64,000 bases of DNA, from assembly GCA_918797485.1 (NCBI GenBank), contig CAKKNE010000006.1, positions 682,001 through 746,000 of the forward strand. The letters are read 5' to 3'. Shown here piece by piece: positions 11,822-22,177 of the stretch. Within the stretch, counting starts at the first letter, position 1, and the number at the start of each line of letters is the position of its first letter. The notes under the pieces were generated by a model. It was not told the DNA's origin. It worked only from the letters and a program-made list of their open reading frames with translations, and did not search any database. The translations under genes were made by a program, and so were the position numbers. This stretch comes from Pelagomonas calceolata. Its lineage: Eukaryota.

Positions 11822-12739
11822 TTACCCCTCCGCCTCGGCCGATGCCTCGGCGACGACCTCCTCCCCACCCGCCCCATCGACGACGGGCCTCGCAAACCTT
11901 TCATCGTTCCGCCGTTGGGCCTCTTCTCTCCTTTTTTTTCTTTGGTCGTAAGCCGCCTGCAACGCCCTTCTCTCGTCCTCGCAGCGCGCCGCGCCCAGCG
12001 CGAGCTCCGCGTCGACCCTCTCCGCTGATTTGGCGAGCAACAAATCGGTCATCGGCGTTTTTTGAGCGGGCACCCAACATAAAGAAGGTTCCGTCACTGT
12101 TCGTATCGTATGTCGCAGCACGTCATGCGACGCTTTCCAGGACGCGTGCAACAGGGAAGCCTCCGTCCTCCGCATGTCCGTGAGGATCTCGTCGCGTCGA
12201 GCCTGGTCCTTGTATTTCGCCTCGCACATGCGGTGCCTCGCGGCCGCGCGAGATTCTCTTTTCAACGTCTCCTCGCGCTTGAGCTTGAGTTCCGACGACT
12301 TCTCCTCGCGCTGTCGCAATTTTGTTTCATCCTTCTCAAAATTTTTGCGCGCGGACGCGAGGTGGCCGACCAAGCCGCCGAACAGCCTTTTGGACCGTCG
12401 CGTGTCGGCGTCGGATGCATGCGCCGACAGCTGGCGCTTCCTTGCGACAGCGTCGGCTTCTTGGGGACGGTATCTGTCTCCCAGTGCGTCTCTGAGCACT
12501 CCCTGCTCCGTGGCGCGCTCGTCATTGCTATCGTTGGGGCCGCGCCCCGGTCTATAGTAGACTTCTCGTCGCCGCTGTGGTTTGTGTTCTCTTGTGGGCT
12601 GGCTCCGTCGCGGCGGCGGCTGGCGCTCGGCGCGGCGCTGTTGCGAGATGCGGGCCTCGACGCGGTTGCGCTCGTCGTCTAGTTTTTGTAGTTTTCTTCG
12701 TAATGCTTCGGCGTCGTTTTGCTGGTCGTCGACGTCCAT
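11822..12739 (-). CDS. PNN: Pinin/SDK/memA-domain protein
   Basis: RRSKRLFGGLVGHL and IRTVTEPSLCWVP match the pinin domain motifs; charged coiled coil. Confidence 0.8.
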   Translation of the reverse strand: MDVDDQQNDAEALRRKLQKLDDERNRVEARISQQRRAERQPPPRRSQPTREHKPQRRREVYYRPGRGPNDSNDERATEQGVLRDALGDRYRPQEADAVARKRQLSAHASDADTRRSKRLFGGLVGHLASARKNFEKDETKLRQREEKSSELKLKREETLKRESRAAARHRMCEAKYKDQARRDEILTDMRRTEASLLHASWKASHDVLRHTIRTVTEPSLCWVPAQKTPMTDLLLAKSAERVDAELALGAARCEDERRALQAAYDQRKKRREEAQRRNDERFARPVVDGAGGEEVVAEASAEAEG

Positions 12740-12945
12740 CCTTACTATACGCGCGTTGCGCTTTTGGGAGCCGAAAAGCAGGCTAGGAGCCCAGCCTTGT
12801 TTTGTCTCTTCTACACAACGCGTGCGTATGCGGTCTTCTGTGTCTGTGGCAGCGAGATTAATGCGGAGCTGAGCGATGCACCGGCAGTGCGCTCTCGCTA
12901 TATGTATGGCTGCGTATTGGCTACAAAGCCGCGAGCTTGTGTTTG

Positions 12946-12969
12946 CTAGTGTCTTACATCACACGCTAG
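12946..12969. promoter_or_regulatory. Recurrent promoter element (reverse orientation)
   Basis: CTAGTGTCTTACATCACACGCTAG between divergent ATGs 12739 and 13202. Confidence 0.75.
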
Positions 12970-13201
12970 CTGCACTCCAAGCCCAGCGTTTTTCGCCGCC
13001 AGAGATTAACATTGATACTCGCGCAAGGCTAAAAAAAAATCCACCTTTGAGGTCGGAAAACAGCCTCGTAAAAATCTAGCCGCTGCGAGCACCGGAAAGC
13101 CGCGCACCTACAAGGGCCATCTCCAGAAGGCTATTTCATCGCGCGCTACGGGCTGTGCGTGCATCTACGGGCCATCGGAGCCGTCGTGCGTGCGTCTTGA
13201 G

Positions 13202-14011
13202 ATGGACCTGTTACGGATACCACCGCCTCTCGGACCACCGCTAGCAGTGGCGTGCTATCACAACCGCGTTGACGAAGTAAAGCGACTACTCGCGTCCGGT
13301 GCCGACCCACTGGAAGAATCAAAAAATAGTGTTACTGCTGCACAGTATAGACCCCTGTTTCTATGCATCCATTACGGTTACGCCGCGTGTGTGAAGGTGC
13401 TGCTGACCGTCCGGCCCGAACTGGTGGACTCGGGCGCAACATTAGCCATGGAAGCGAACAAGATCCCGCCCCTCCTGTATTTGCTGCAACAAATGGGCAA
13501 TGAACGGGACTATATTCGTCACCCGCTCGAATGGCCCGGTTCCGACCCCTTGGGGTGTGTCCGGTTGCTTTTGGATGCTGGAGCGTCGTTACAGCCCGTG
13601 GTGCAGGGTGGCTGGGGGTGTACTTATACCCACCTCATAGGCCAGTATGCCCTATGGTCGAGGGAGAAGTGGAGAAAGGCGCTCGTGCGCATGATCGGTG
13701 GCGCCGCACGCCTGCGTTACTCGACAAAGACGCACCGCGATTTCCCTCGGCCTGCTCGCTATGCCGCCGCCGAGCTTCTCCGATTGGGCTACCAGATCGA
13801 GTCCGGCGTCTTGACTCCCGTCTGGGCGGAGCACGTGCTTCCCTTCCTCGTCACGAGGACGAGTCGCGGCGCGGTGCCCTCCCCGCCGCCTGCTTTGCTG
13901 TTTATCGACGCGCTCTCCGAGTCCGAGCTCAAGAAGATGGTTGCTTGTGGCGACGCCGCGAAGCTCGAGCTCCGGCGGAGGGGGATCGGGAAGTACCCAC
14001 CGCTGGTCTGA
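13202..14011 (+). CDS. Ankyrin-repeat protein
   Basis: PPLAVACYHNRVDEVKRLLASGADP, PLFLCIHYGYAACVKVLL, CVRLLLDAGA. Confidence 0.75.
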   Translation: MDLLRIPPPLGPPLAVACYHNRVDEVKRLLASGADPLEESKNSVTAAQYRPLFLCIHYGYAACVKVLLTVRPELVDSGATLAMEANKIPPLLYLLQQMGNERDYIRHPLEWPGSDPLGCVRLLLDAGASLQPVVQGGWGCTYTHLIGQYALWSREKWRKALVRMIGGAARLRYSTKTHRDFPRPARYAAAELLRLGYQIESGVLTPVWAEHVLPFLVTRTSRGAVPSPPPALLFIDALSESELKKMVACGDAAKLELRRRGIGKYPPLV

Positions 14012-14074
14012 TCTGCTACACTCGATACGGGGTCTAAGCCATGTTGTAAACACCCAGTGAATTTAGACAAAAAC

Positions 14075-15691
14075 TCAGAATCCGCGAGGCGGAGGAGAGG
14101 GAGGCGCCCGCGCCGCCAACGCGGACACGTGCGCCGCACAAGCCCGCAGGAGCCCCGGCTTTTGCACTTCAGTATCTTGGTCGGGCGACGCCGTCCTACG
14201 TGTCCCGGCGCGTTTTGCCTCTTTCGGCGGCCAGTCCCACGTACTATACCCGCCTTCTAGGATCGAAATGCACGATGCTCGAGGCGACGCGTCCAAGACC
14301 GCGTGCGTGAGCCACTCGTAGTCCGACTCGCGGAACCAGTGGTACAAATCCGCCTCGTAGCCGTCGAAGCCCGCGCTGAAGATGACCAAGTCCGCGTCGA
14401 ACCGCTGCAACGCCGGCAACAGTTGCGCACTGACATCTCGCCTTAGATTCGCACCGGCCTCGTCGCAGAGTTTCGCTCGCTGCGAGGCGGTTAATGATTG
14501 CCTCGCCCGCACATCCCCGGGCTTCGGTCCCACCGCAGCCAGAGGCACGTTCACGATGGTATCAGACGACTCCTGGGGACCGCCGCCGCCCGGATAGAAG
14601 GCGCCCTTGGCGTCCCACAGGTGCACGCTCCCAAAGAAGACCTCGTCCCCATCACTTTCATCCAACCAGGGCTTGTGCACTTCTCGGTACTCCGCGGGCC
14701 AGCTATCAGGTAAGGGCTTTTGCACTTTATGCGGCTTCAAACCTTTGACAATTTCTTCCGTGCCGTTGCCGTGGTGCACGTCGAAGTCTATTATTGCTAT
14801 TTTTCGCAGTACTTTCGACTGCTCGGGGACGGCTCGCGGCCGCCCGTACCTGTACCTCGCGTACGCGCCAGCGACGGCCGCCGTGTTCAGCAGACAGAAC
14901 CCGCAGGAACACATGTCCGGCGACCGCCAGAAATGCCTGAAGCAGGCCACGGCTCCCCGAGGCCCGGCGTGGTGCCCCGGGGGTCTACACGCGACGAAGA
15001 CGTTCTGCGCTCTATTTGTCGCCACTAGATCAATAGCTTCGCAAGCCGCACCACACCCACCAAGCGCCGCATCTAGACTATTAGCACATAGCCTCGTGTC
15101 CGTGTCCAAGCAGGCGCCTTGTGCTGGAGTGACGTCCGAGGTTGCGGGTAGCTGGGAACACTTCTCTTGTAGAGAACGGACATAATCGGCGTCGTGGACT
15201 CGCACCACATCTCCCAAAGGACATACAAACGACGACTCCCGCGCTTCTACTTGTAATTCCCGTAACCCGTCGCTCACGACGCCGAGCACGGCCAGCCGCA
15301 TGACGCTTTCCTGATGCTTCGCTCCGGTGTCGTGACCTAACCCCGCCTTCGAGTACAGCACTACTGTAGATGAAGCACCGGTCGGCGAGTTCTTCAGCTG
15401 CTTGATGCCCACCGGCGTCTGGCCTAGTGAGGATCGCTTCGAATCCCCAGACCTGTTGCTGCGAGGCCCGTCTTCATCCGAAGACCGGTCGAAGCTCACC
15501 CTGAGGTCGTCCGCGCCGCGTTTCTTGTCCAGGTTGACGCGCATCAGGGCCGGCGTGAGCGAGTCGACGACATCACTAGAAGTTTCGGGACTTTGCGGGC
15601 CGAGATCGTGCGGCTCGAACGCGATGGGCGGCACGGCGGCGCGCATGCGCTCGTCGTTTTGTGAAGCGGCGGCGGCGCGGGTCGTGGCCAT
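14075..15691 (-). CDS. Histone deacetylase family protein (class II-like)
   Basis: RPPGHHAG, GFCLLN, IIDFDVHHGNGT, SAGFD, LEGGY motifs. Confidence 0.92.
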   Translation of the reverse strand: MATTRAAAASQNDERMRAAVPPIAFEPHDLGPQSPETSSDVVDSLTPALMRVNLDKKRGADDLRVSFDRSSDEDGPRSNRSGDSKRSSLGQTPVGIKQLKNSPTGASSTVVLYSKAGLGHDTGAKHQESVMRLAVLGVVSDGLRELQVEARESSFVCPLGDVVRVHDADYVRSLQEKCSQLPATSDVTPAQGACLDTDTRLCANSLDAALGGCGAACEAIDLVATNRAQNVFVACRPPGHHAGPRGAVACFRHFWRSPDMCSCGFCLLNTAAVAGAYARYRYGRPRAVPEQSKVLRKIAIIDFDVHHGNGTEEIVKGLKPHKVQKPLPDSWPAEYREVHKPWLDESDGDEVFFGSVHLWDAKGAFYPGGGGPQESSDTIVNVPLAAVGPKPGDVRARQSLTASQRAKLCDEAGANLRRDVSAQLLPALQRFDADLVIFSAGFDGYEADLYHWFRESDYEWLTHAVLDASPRASCISILEGGYSTWDWPPKEAKRAGTRRTASPDQDTEVQKPGLLRACAAHVSALAARAPPSPPPRGF

Positions 15692-15907
15692 GGTTTCCTG
15701 GCTTTTTTGTTGCTGCGGCTTGCTGCGGCGGCGTGTTTAGGGGGCTGCAGGCCAGGAGCCTTGTTTGGCGGCTCCGTTGGCGGAAGCGTTCTAAGTTTCC
15801 GCGTCGGCTGACGCGGTGAGGGTCTGAGCAAGCGTCCGGTGATCTTTACGGTGCACGCGGTGCGCTACTCCCTGCGTCCAGCGCAAAAGTAGCTTGGAGC
15901 GGAAACT

Positions 15908-15928
15908 CTAGTGTTGGTACAACGCTAG
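15908..15928. promoter_or_regulatory. Degenerate copy of the promoter element
   Basis: CTAGTGTTGGTACAACGCTAG between divergent ATGs 15691 and 16107. Confidence 0.5.
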
Positions 15929-16106
15929 CTCACATCCAATAATCGCGGCAGGTCTCTGCTTAGCTCGCCGCCGCGATTTGGGGCAGCCCGCAAAGTCACG
16001 CCGTGCACACGCCCGTCGCAGCAGCCCCGAGCCGCAGCGACACGCCGCCGCCGCAAGCGTTCGTACCCCGGGCAGCAGCCGAAACAGAAACAGCCTACCA
16101 GAAACA

Positions 16107-17632
16107 ATGGGCTCGGATAGCGACGACGACTCTCGCCGCAAGAGCAGGAAAATGTCCGACGACGACAAGTCGCGCTCGAAGTCCCGCTCGCGCAGCCGCT
16201 CGCGCAGCCGCGGCGGCGGCAACAACAACGGGAGACTCACGAAAGTGGTTGATATAGCTAAGGACGACGCGGCCTTTGTCCTTGGTAGAGGCGGCGCGAC
16301 GAAGCGCAAGATCGCTAGAGTGAGTGGTGCCGACATTGAACTAGATGAACACGCCCTCACGATCACGCTGAACGGGACGGAGTCGCAATGTAATCACGCC
16401 ATCGACTACATCGACTTCATCAAGCAGCAGCGCGTCGGCCCCGTGACCATCGACACGGAGCGGTCGCGGGGCGACTACACGGCGTATACCGTACCCGGCG
16501 ACTGCATCGGCTTCGTGATGGGTAGGAACGGGCAGACGCTGCGGAGCATGGAGGAGGAGTGGGGCGTGCTGATGTTCTTTGCGAAGACGGGGAAAGATGG
16601 GGGCGAGTCGAGGAGAGGGGATGATGAACAGTTGTGTATTTTCGGGCCGCTCGCGGCGCGTCGCGGTGCGGAACTGAAGACGATGTCTGCGGTCGAGCAC
16701 AAGCATCCTGGGTACTGCGTGTCTTCTAAAGGTGAATTGAGAGATGTGGATCGAGTGCCGGGCGACGACGACGAAGGCGGCTGGGGCATCGACACGGTGC
16801 CGCTGACGGACGATTCGTTCTCGTACGCTCTTGGAGCGCGCGGGTCTACGCGTAGGAAGCTAGCTGCTGCCTCGGGCTGCATCATCGAGTACGTGGGCCG
16901 CTTGGCCTGTTTCGCCGGTTATAGGCAGGACCGCCGCCGCGGCAAGGACTACCTCCGCTGGCTCCTCGAGCAGCGCACGGGCCAGTCTGTGGTGGACGAT
17001 CCTAGAAGCCGCGACGACTGCACCATCGTGAAGGTCCCGTCGAAGAGCGTCGGCTTCCTCACGGGGTATAGGGGAGAATCTTTACGAGCCATCGAGCGAG
17101 AAGCGGGCACGTTTATGTTCACGGACGGCAGCGGCCGCGACGGTCCCGAGGAGAACCTACTGATCTTCTCCTTTTCGCGGAGAAACCGCGACCACGCGGC
17201 GGAGATCGTCCAGGATCGCGTGAGACATCACGAGCGGGTCGGGGATCGGCCGCCGATGGACCGCGGCGGGGGCTATGGGGGGCCGCCGATGGGAGGAGGA
17301 GGCTACGGAGGCCCGCCTATGAGAGACAACATGTGCTGCGGCGGTGTCCAAATAAAAATCATACGTCGATGGCGTCGAGGTGGGCTCTCACTGGTTCATT
17401 TGCGCGCAGGTGCTGGGACTTTCAAAAAGGGCGGTGCACGCGCGGCGCGATGTGCCGCTTCTCGCACGGCGAGCCGCCGATGGGCGGCGGCGGTTACAAC
17501 CAGGGCTACGGGGGCGGCCGGGGCCGCTCGCGCTCGCGCAGCCGCGACCGGAACCGCGACCGCGGGCGCCGCCGCCGCGACGACTCGAGCTCGCGCTCGC
17601 GCTCGCGCGGGCGCCGCCGCCGCCGCGACTAG
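16107..17632 (+). CDS. KH-domain RNA-binding protein with CCCH finger and RS tails, 2 exons (intron 17333-17409)
   Basis: Four GxxG KH loops (GRGG, GRNG, GARG, GYRG). Splicing yields MCWDFQKGRCTRGAMCRFSH (CCCH). RS-rich termini. Confidence 0.9.
17333..17417 (+). mobile_element. Introner-derived intron 17333-17409 with near-perfect TSD
   Basis: Direct repeat GTGCTGCG / GTGCTGGG (7 of 8); 3' end ACTGGTTCATTTGCGCGCAG resembles ACTGGTTGATTTCCACACAG; internal GTCGATGGCGTCG. Confidence 0.85.
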
Positions 17633-18185
17633 GAGCTCGGCCCTTCCCCTTCCCCGCCCCCATCTCGTTCTATGATCATCACGATCCATCACCTCGTTCT
17701 CTCCTGTTCGGTCTGTCTGGGGGCAAGTTTGTGGGGGGCTTCTTCGTCATCACACACGTCGCCGGACTTGTCGCCGGGGACTCGCTGGTCGCGGCGACGT
17801 CGTCGAGGCGTGTGATGTCCCTTGGTGGCGCACTCGCCGAGGATCGCGTCGGTTGTGTTGCCCGCGCAAGCTCTTGTTGCTCCTGCTTGATCGTTATGAA
17901 GGACTGCCTGGAGAGCTGCTACGGTGCTAAGACTAGTAGATGGAGCCCCTGGAGAGCTCTCGATGCCGCTAGATAATTCAGGCTCTCCGGCATCTCACGC
18001 ATCGCTGGAGGCTATACGCCAGAACTAGTGACAGCGCGACATAACCAAGGTCGTCTTTACACTTCGGCAGCCTCGAGGTAGCACAGGGTGAAGCACCGCT
18101 GCTCTTTACGTCGCCAACACAGAGGAACAGCAAGCCAGCTAAAACAGGCAAAGACAAGACATCCGCGGCCTTAGACCCGAACACA

Positions 18186-19791
18186 ATGGCCTCGGACGAC
18201 GACAAGTCCCGCAGCCGCAGCCGCTCCGCCGACAGCCGCCGCAAGTCGCGCAAGAGCGATGACGACAAGTCCCGCTCCCGCTCCCGCTCCCGCTCTCCAG
18301 CGAGGGAAAACCAGGAACGCGTCACGAAGGTCATCGACATCGCGACCGACGACGCCGCCTTCGTGCTTGGTAGAGGCGGCGCCACGAAAAGAAAGATCGC
18401 GCGCGTCTCGGGAGCCAATATCGAGCTCGACGAACACGCTTTAACGATCACGCTGAACGGCACGGAGAAGCAGTGCAACCACGCCATCGACTACATCGAC
18501 TTCATCAAGCAGCAGCGCGTCGGGCCCGTGACGATCGACATGGAAAGATCCCGAGGGGATTTCACGGGGTACACGGTCCCCGGCGACTGCATCGGCTTCG
18601 TCATGGGGCGCAACGGCCAGACGCTCAGAAGCATGGAGGAGGAGTGGGGCGTGCTCATGTTCTTCGCGAAGACTGAAGGGTCGCAGCGCGGTCCGCGACG
18701 CAGCGTGGAAAGGCGCTTCAATCTAGCTCATACGCCATCGACGCGACTCGTCTCCGTCAGAGAATGCGCTGGGTGGTCTCGTTTCCGATTTTGAGCTCCG
18801 TCCGCACGCAGGTGATGATGAGCAGCTCTGCATCTTCGGGCCGCTGGCGGCGCGGAGAGGCGCGGAGCTGAAGACCATGTCCGCCGTCGAGCACAAGCAC
18901 CCGGGCTACTGCGTCTCCTCGAAGGGTGAGCTGCGGGACGTCGATCGCGTGCCAGGCGATGAAGATGAGGGCGGCTGGGGCATCGACACCGTGCCGCTGA
19001 CGGACGACTCCTTCTCCTACGCTCTCGGGGCGCGCGGGTCGACGCGTCGTAAATTAGCGGCGGCTTCCGGGTGTATTATCGAGTACGTCGGGCGGTTGGC
19101 GTGCTTCGCGGGCTACCGCCAAGATAGAAGACGGGGCAAGGACTACCTCAGATGGCTCCTAGAACAAAGGACCGGTCAATCGGTGGTCGACAACCCGAAA
19201 GATAGAGATGATTGCAAAGTGGTGAAAGTTCCGACTTCGAGCGTCGGCTTCCTGACGGGCTATCGGGGCGAGTCGCTGCGGGCGATCGAACGGGAAAGCA
19301 GCACGTTCATGTTCACGGACGGGGATGGCAGAGGAAGCGGCGAGAGCGAGAATTTGTTGATCTTCTCCTTTAGCAGAGGTGCGCGCGACCACGCCGCGGA
19401 CATTGTGGAAGACCGCATCCGCCACCACAAGCAGATCGGACGAGGTGGTGGTGGCCCTGGTGGTGGGTACAATGATGGCCCGAGGGGCTACGGCGGCCCG
19501 CCCGGCGGATTCGGAGGTGGCTATGGCGGGCCGCCGAGAGGTCCGCCGATGGGCTACGGTGGAGGCTACGGCGGGCCGCGGGGCCCGCCGATGGGTGGAG
19601 GCTACGGTGGTGGCTATGGCGGCGGCGGCGGCAACTACGGCGGCTACGGCCAGGGCGGCGGCGGCGGCGGCGACCGCCGCGGCCGGTCGCGCTCGCGCGA
19701 CCGCAAGCGCTCGAGCCGCCGCCGCCGCGACGACTCGGACTCGTCGCGCTCGCGCTCGCGCTCGCGCGGCCGCCGCCGCCGCCGCGACTAG
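18186..19791 (+). CDS. KH-domain RNA-binding protein, tandem paralog, 2 exons (intron 18691-18811)
   Basis: Near-identical protein to 16107..17632. Splicing restores QRG|DDEQL. Gly-rich/RS tail, no CCCH finger. Confidence 0.9.
18691..18811 (+). mobile_element. Introner-like intron absent from the paralog
   Basis: GT...CACGCAG; CAGCGTGGAAA TIR remnant; CGCCATCGACGCG core at 18733-18745. Confidence 0.75.
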
Positions 19792-20209
19792 ACGCCGACC
19801 GGCCGCGCGACCTGAACCCCTCCCCCCCTCGGCGCGCACGAAGCTCCTCCTCCCCTACAACAACACGCTTCCTCTCTTTGTTCACGAGGCGTGACCGGCC
19901 TCTATCCACATCGGTCTCGGGGGGAACACTTCGACACGCACTCGTCCTCAACTCTCCTGGAGATCCTCCGGTCCGAGTCGTCGAGGAGGAAGTGCTCGGG
20001 CGGGGGGCTCCATGCACGCATCGTCACGGACTCGTCACGGTCGCCCCGGCCGCCCGGACTTCCGCCCGGCGTCGTGGGTAGGTTGCGACGGACGCTGCGT
20101 CGTGCGGGGACGTGCTGCTGCAGGGTCACAACATTAAATTTTTAACTGTCCAGTGTACGTAGTTCCGGAATAGAACTCGAGGACCACGGACTTGGACGAC
20201 GTCGCGATA

Positions 20210-20707
20210 TCATCGCACGGTCCGCACGAGCGCCATCGTCGCCGCGAGCCCGAAGAGCGACGACGAGTAGTGGGCGAGGGACGTGTCATAAGAAGCAGGC
20301 ACGTTCAGCGCGCTCTCGACGAGCAGCCAGAGCGGCCCCGTTGCGGCCGAAGTGAGCATCACACGACGAAGACCCTCGCCGTACGAGTCCGCCGGCTCGA
20401 ACTGCCGCGTCGCGAGGCCCGCGGCCACCCAGAGCACCGAGAGGCAGGACGCCGACGCGACGCAGTACCCAAGCGCCCGCAGGTCCGCGCCCGTGAACCC
20501 CGGCACCTCCTTCAGGGGGTTCGTGGCGAGCTCGCGGCTTAATTCGCGGGCGAGGCACTGACACCAGAGGACCGTGACGTCGAGCCTTATCTCCAACGCG
20601 TCGGCGTCGTCGAGGCGCGAGTTGAGATGCGTGCCTCGTCGCGGCGGCGCGCGTGAGATCGGTGCGATCAGGGCGTGCGCGACTGCTGCGCACAGGAGGA
20701 GTCGCAT
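20210..20707 (-). CDS. Probable plastid-targeted small membrane protein
   Basis: Signal-peptide-like MRLLLCAAVAHAL plus Arg-rich transit-like segment; several hydrophobic helices. Confidence 0.6.
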   Translation of the reverse strand: MRLLLCAAVAHALIAPISRAPPRRGTHLNSRLDDADALEIRLDVTVLWCQCLARELSRELATNPLKEVPGFTGADLRALGYCVASASCLSVLWVAAGLATRQFEPADSYGEGLRRVMLTSAATGPLWLLVESALNVPASYDTSLAHYSSSLFGLAATMALVRTVR

Positions 20708-20934
20708 GCTTGCCTTCCTGTTTTTGGTGCCAGTAATCGCCACAGATGTCGACCGATAGCGGCTATACAAGCGCTGCTGGCAGCGCTGCTGAGAGGTGCT
20801 GTGTCGCTGCGGCGACAGGCGTGCAATTCTTTGTGCTTGCTTTGACCGACTCAGTGACGACTCGTGTGGGCACCACAACGTATTTTGTGTGCACCGCCCA
20901 GCGATACAAGGCTTTTTTTGCCCCTGGCTGCTTG

Positions 20935-20956
20935 CTAGTGTCTTACATTACGCTAG
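20935..20956. promoter_or_regulatory. Recurrent promoter element (reverse orientation)
   Basis: CTAGTGTCTTACATTACGCTAG between divergent ATGs 20707 and 21082. Confidence 0.75.
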
Positions 20957-21081
20957 CAGCGCGCGCCGGGCAAGCGCAGCATTTTCGCAGCCGTGGTCCG
21001 CGCAAACACCCTGCCACACACATCGCGGGGCTATTTCACCATCGCGCGCCAGCGCTGCGCACCGTGAGAGGTCCACAGAGC

Positions 21082-21957
21082 ATGGAGGAGCATCCCTTAC
21101 TGCAGGCTGCACCAGCAGCAGCAGCAGCGCCAGCGCCAGCGCCGGCCGCCGCGACGGACGAGGAGAAGCGCGAGCGCAAGAAACGCAGGAGGGAAACGGG
21201 CCCGCGCCCCGTCTCCAGCGACGTCTCGTTAGGAAACCACCAGCGCTATTATGGGTATCGGCCTCGAGTCCAGGGCGCCGAACCCCGAAGAGCGGACGCG
21301 CGGCTGCGCTTCCTCGACGCGACCTGGTGGAACAACAAAAAGGCCAAGGACGTGGGCTGCAACGACGGCACCTTCTCGCTAGAAATCGCGCGGCGCTTCG
21401 AGCCCCGCATTTTGGTCGGCGTCGACGCCGACGCCGGCTTGATACGAGCGGCAACGGCCTTGGTAGCGAGACGCGCGAGAGAGGTCGACCCCGATGCATT
21501 ACTCGCGAAGACGGAAGTGAAGAAAGGCGTCGCCCGGAAAGGGCCCCTACCTTTCCCGCACAACTGCTTTTTTGAGAATGAAGATGTCACAACGGGAGGA
21601 GGAGACCACTCCTTCGACGTCATCTCGGCTTTCAGCGTCACGAAGTGGATCCACCTGAACCACGGGGACGCGGGGCTGCTGAAGTTCTTCCGGGGGGTGT
21701 ATGCGTCGTTGAAACCGGGTGGGCGGTTTGTCTTGGAACCGCAGCAGTGGAAGTCCTACCAGAACCGGAGACGGGCCTCGGAGCAGATCAAGGCGACCTT
21801 TAAATCGATACAAGTGAAGCCGGCGGACTTCGCGCGGGTCTTAGTGGACGACGTCGGGTTCGAGAGCTGCGAGCTCCTGGGCACGCCGGACGACGAGGCT
21901 TTGCCCGAGGGGTTCCGGCGACCGATCTTCTGCGCCGTGAAGGGGTCTGGCGCGTAA
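21082..21957 (+). CDS. MEPCE: Bin3/MePCE-type RNA methylphosphate capping methyltransferase
   Basis: GNHQRYYGYR, DVGCNDG, FSVTKWIHLNHGDAGL, LEPQQWKSY, GFRRPI motifs. Confidence 0.9.
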   Translation: MEEHPLLQAAPAAAAAPAPAPAAATDEEKRERKKRRRETGPRPVSSDVSLGNHQRYYGYRPRVQGAEPRRADARLRFLDATWWNNKKAKDVGCNDGTFSLEIARRFEPRILVGVDADAGLIRAATALVARRAREVDPDALLAKTEVKKGVARKGPLPFPHNCFFENEDVTTGGGDHSFDVISAFSVTKWIHLNHGDAGLLKFFRGVYASLKPGGRFVLEPQQWKSYQNRRRASEQIKATFKSIQVKPADFARVLVDDVGFESCELLGTPDDEALPEGFRRPIFCAVKGSGA

Positions 21958-22177
21958 ATGTGTACTTCTGACTCCTGGCCGGTGCGTGCGGGTCCGCCGT
22001 GCGGAGGAGGTCCGCAGGGAGAAGTGAGTCGTGATCCGCGGGGCGCCAGAAACCTGGGCACGCCATCGACGCGTGACGAGTCGCGCCGACGGCGTAGGGG
22101 CTGTACCGGCGCCCGGACCCTACGGGGACAGATACGGGGACCCCACGCCATCGCCGCGACGAGAATACAAGAATAAC

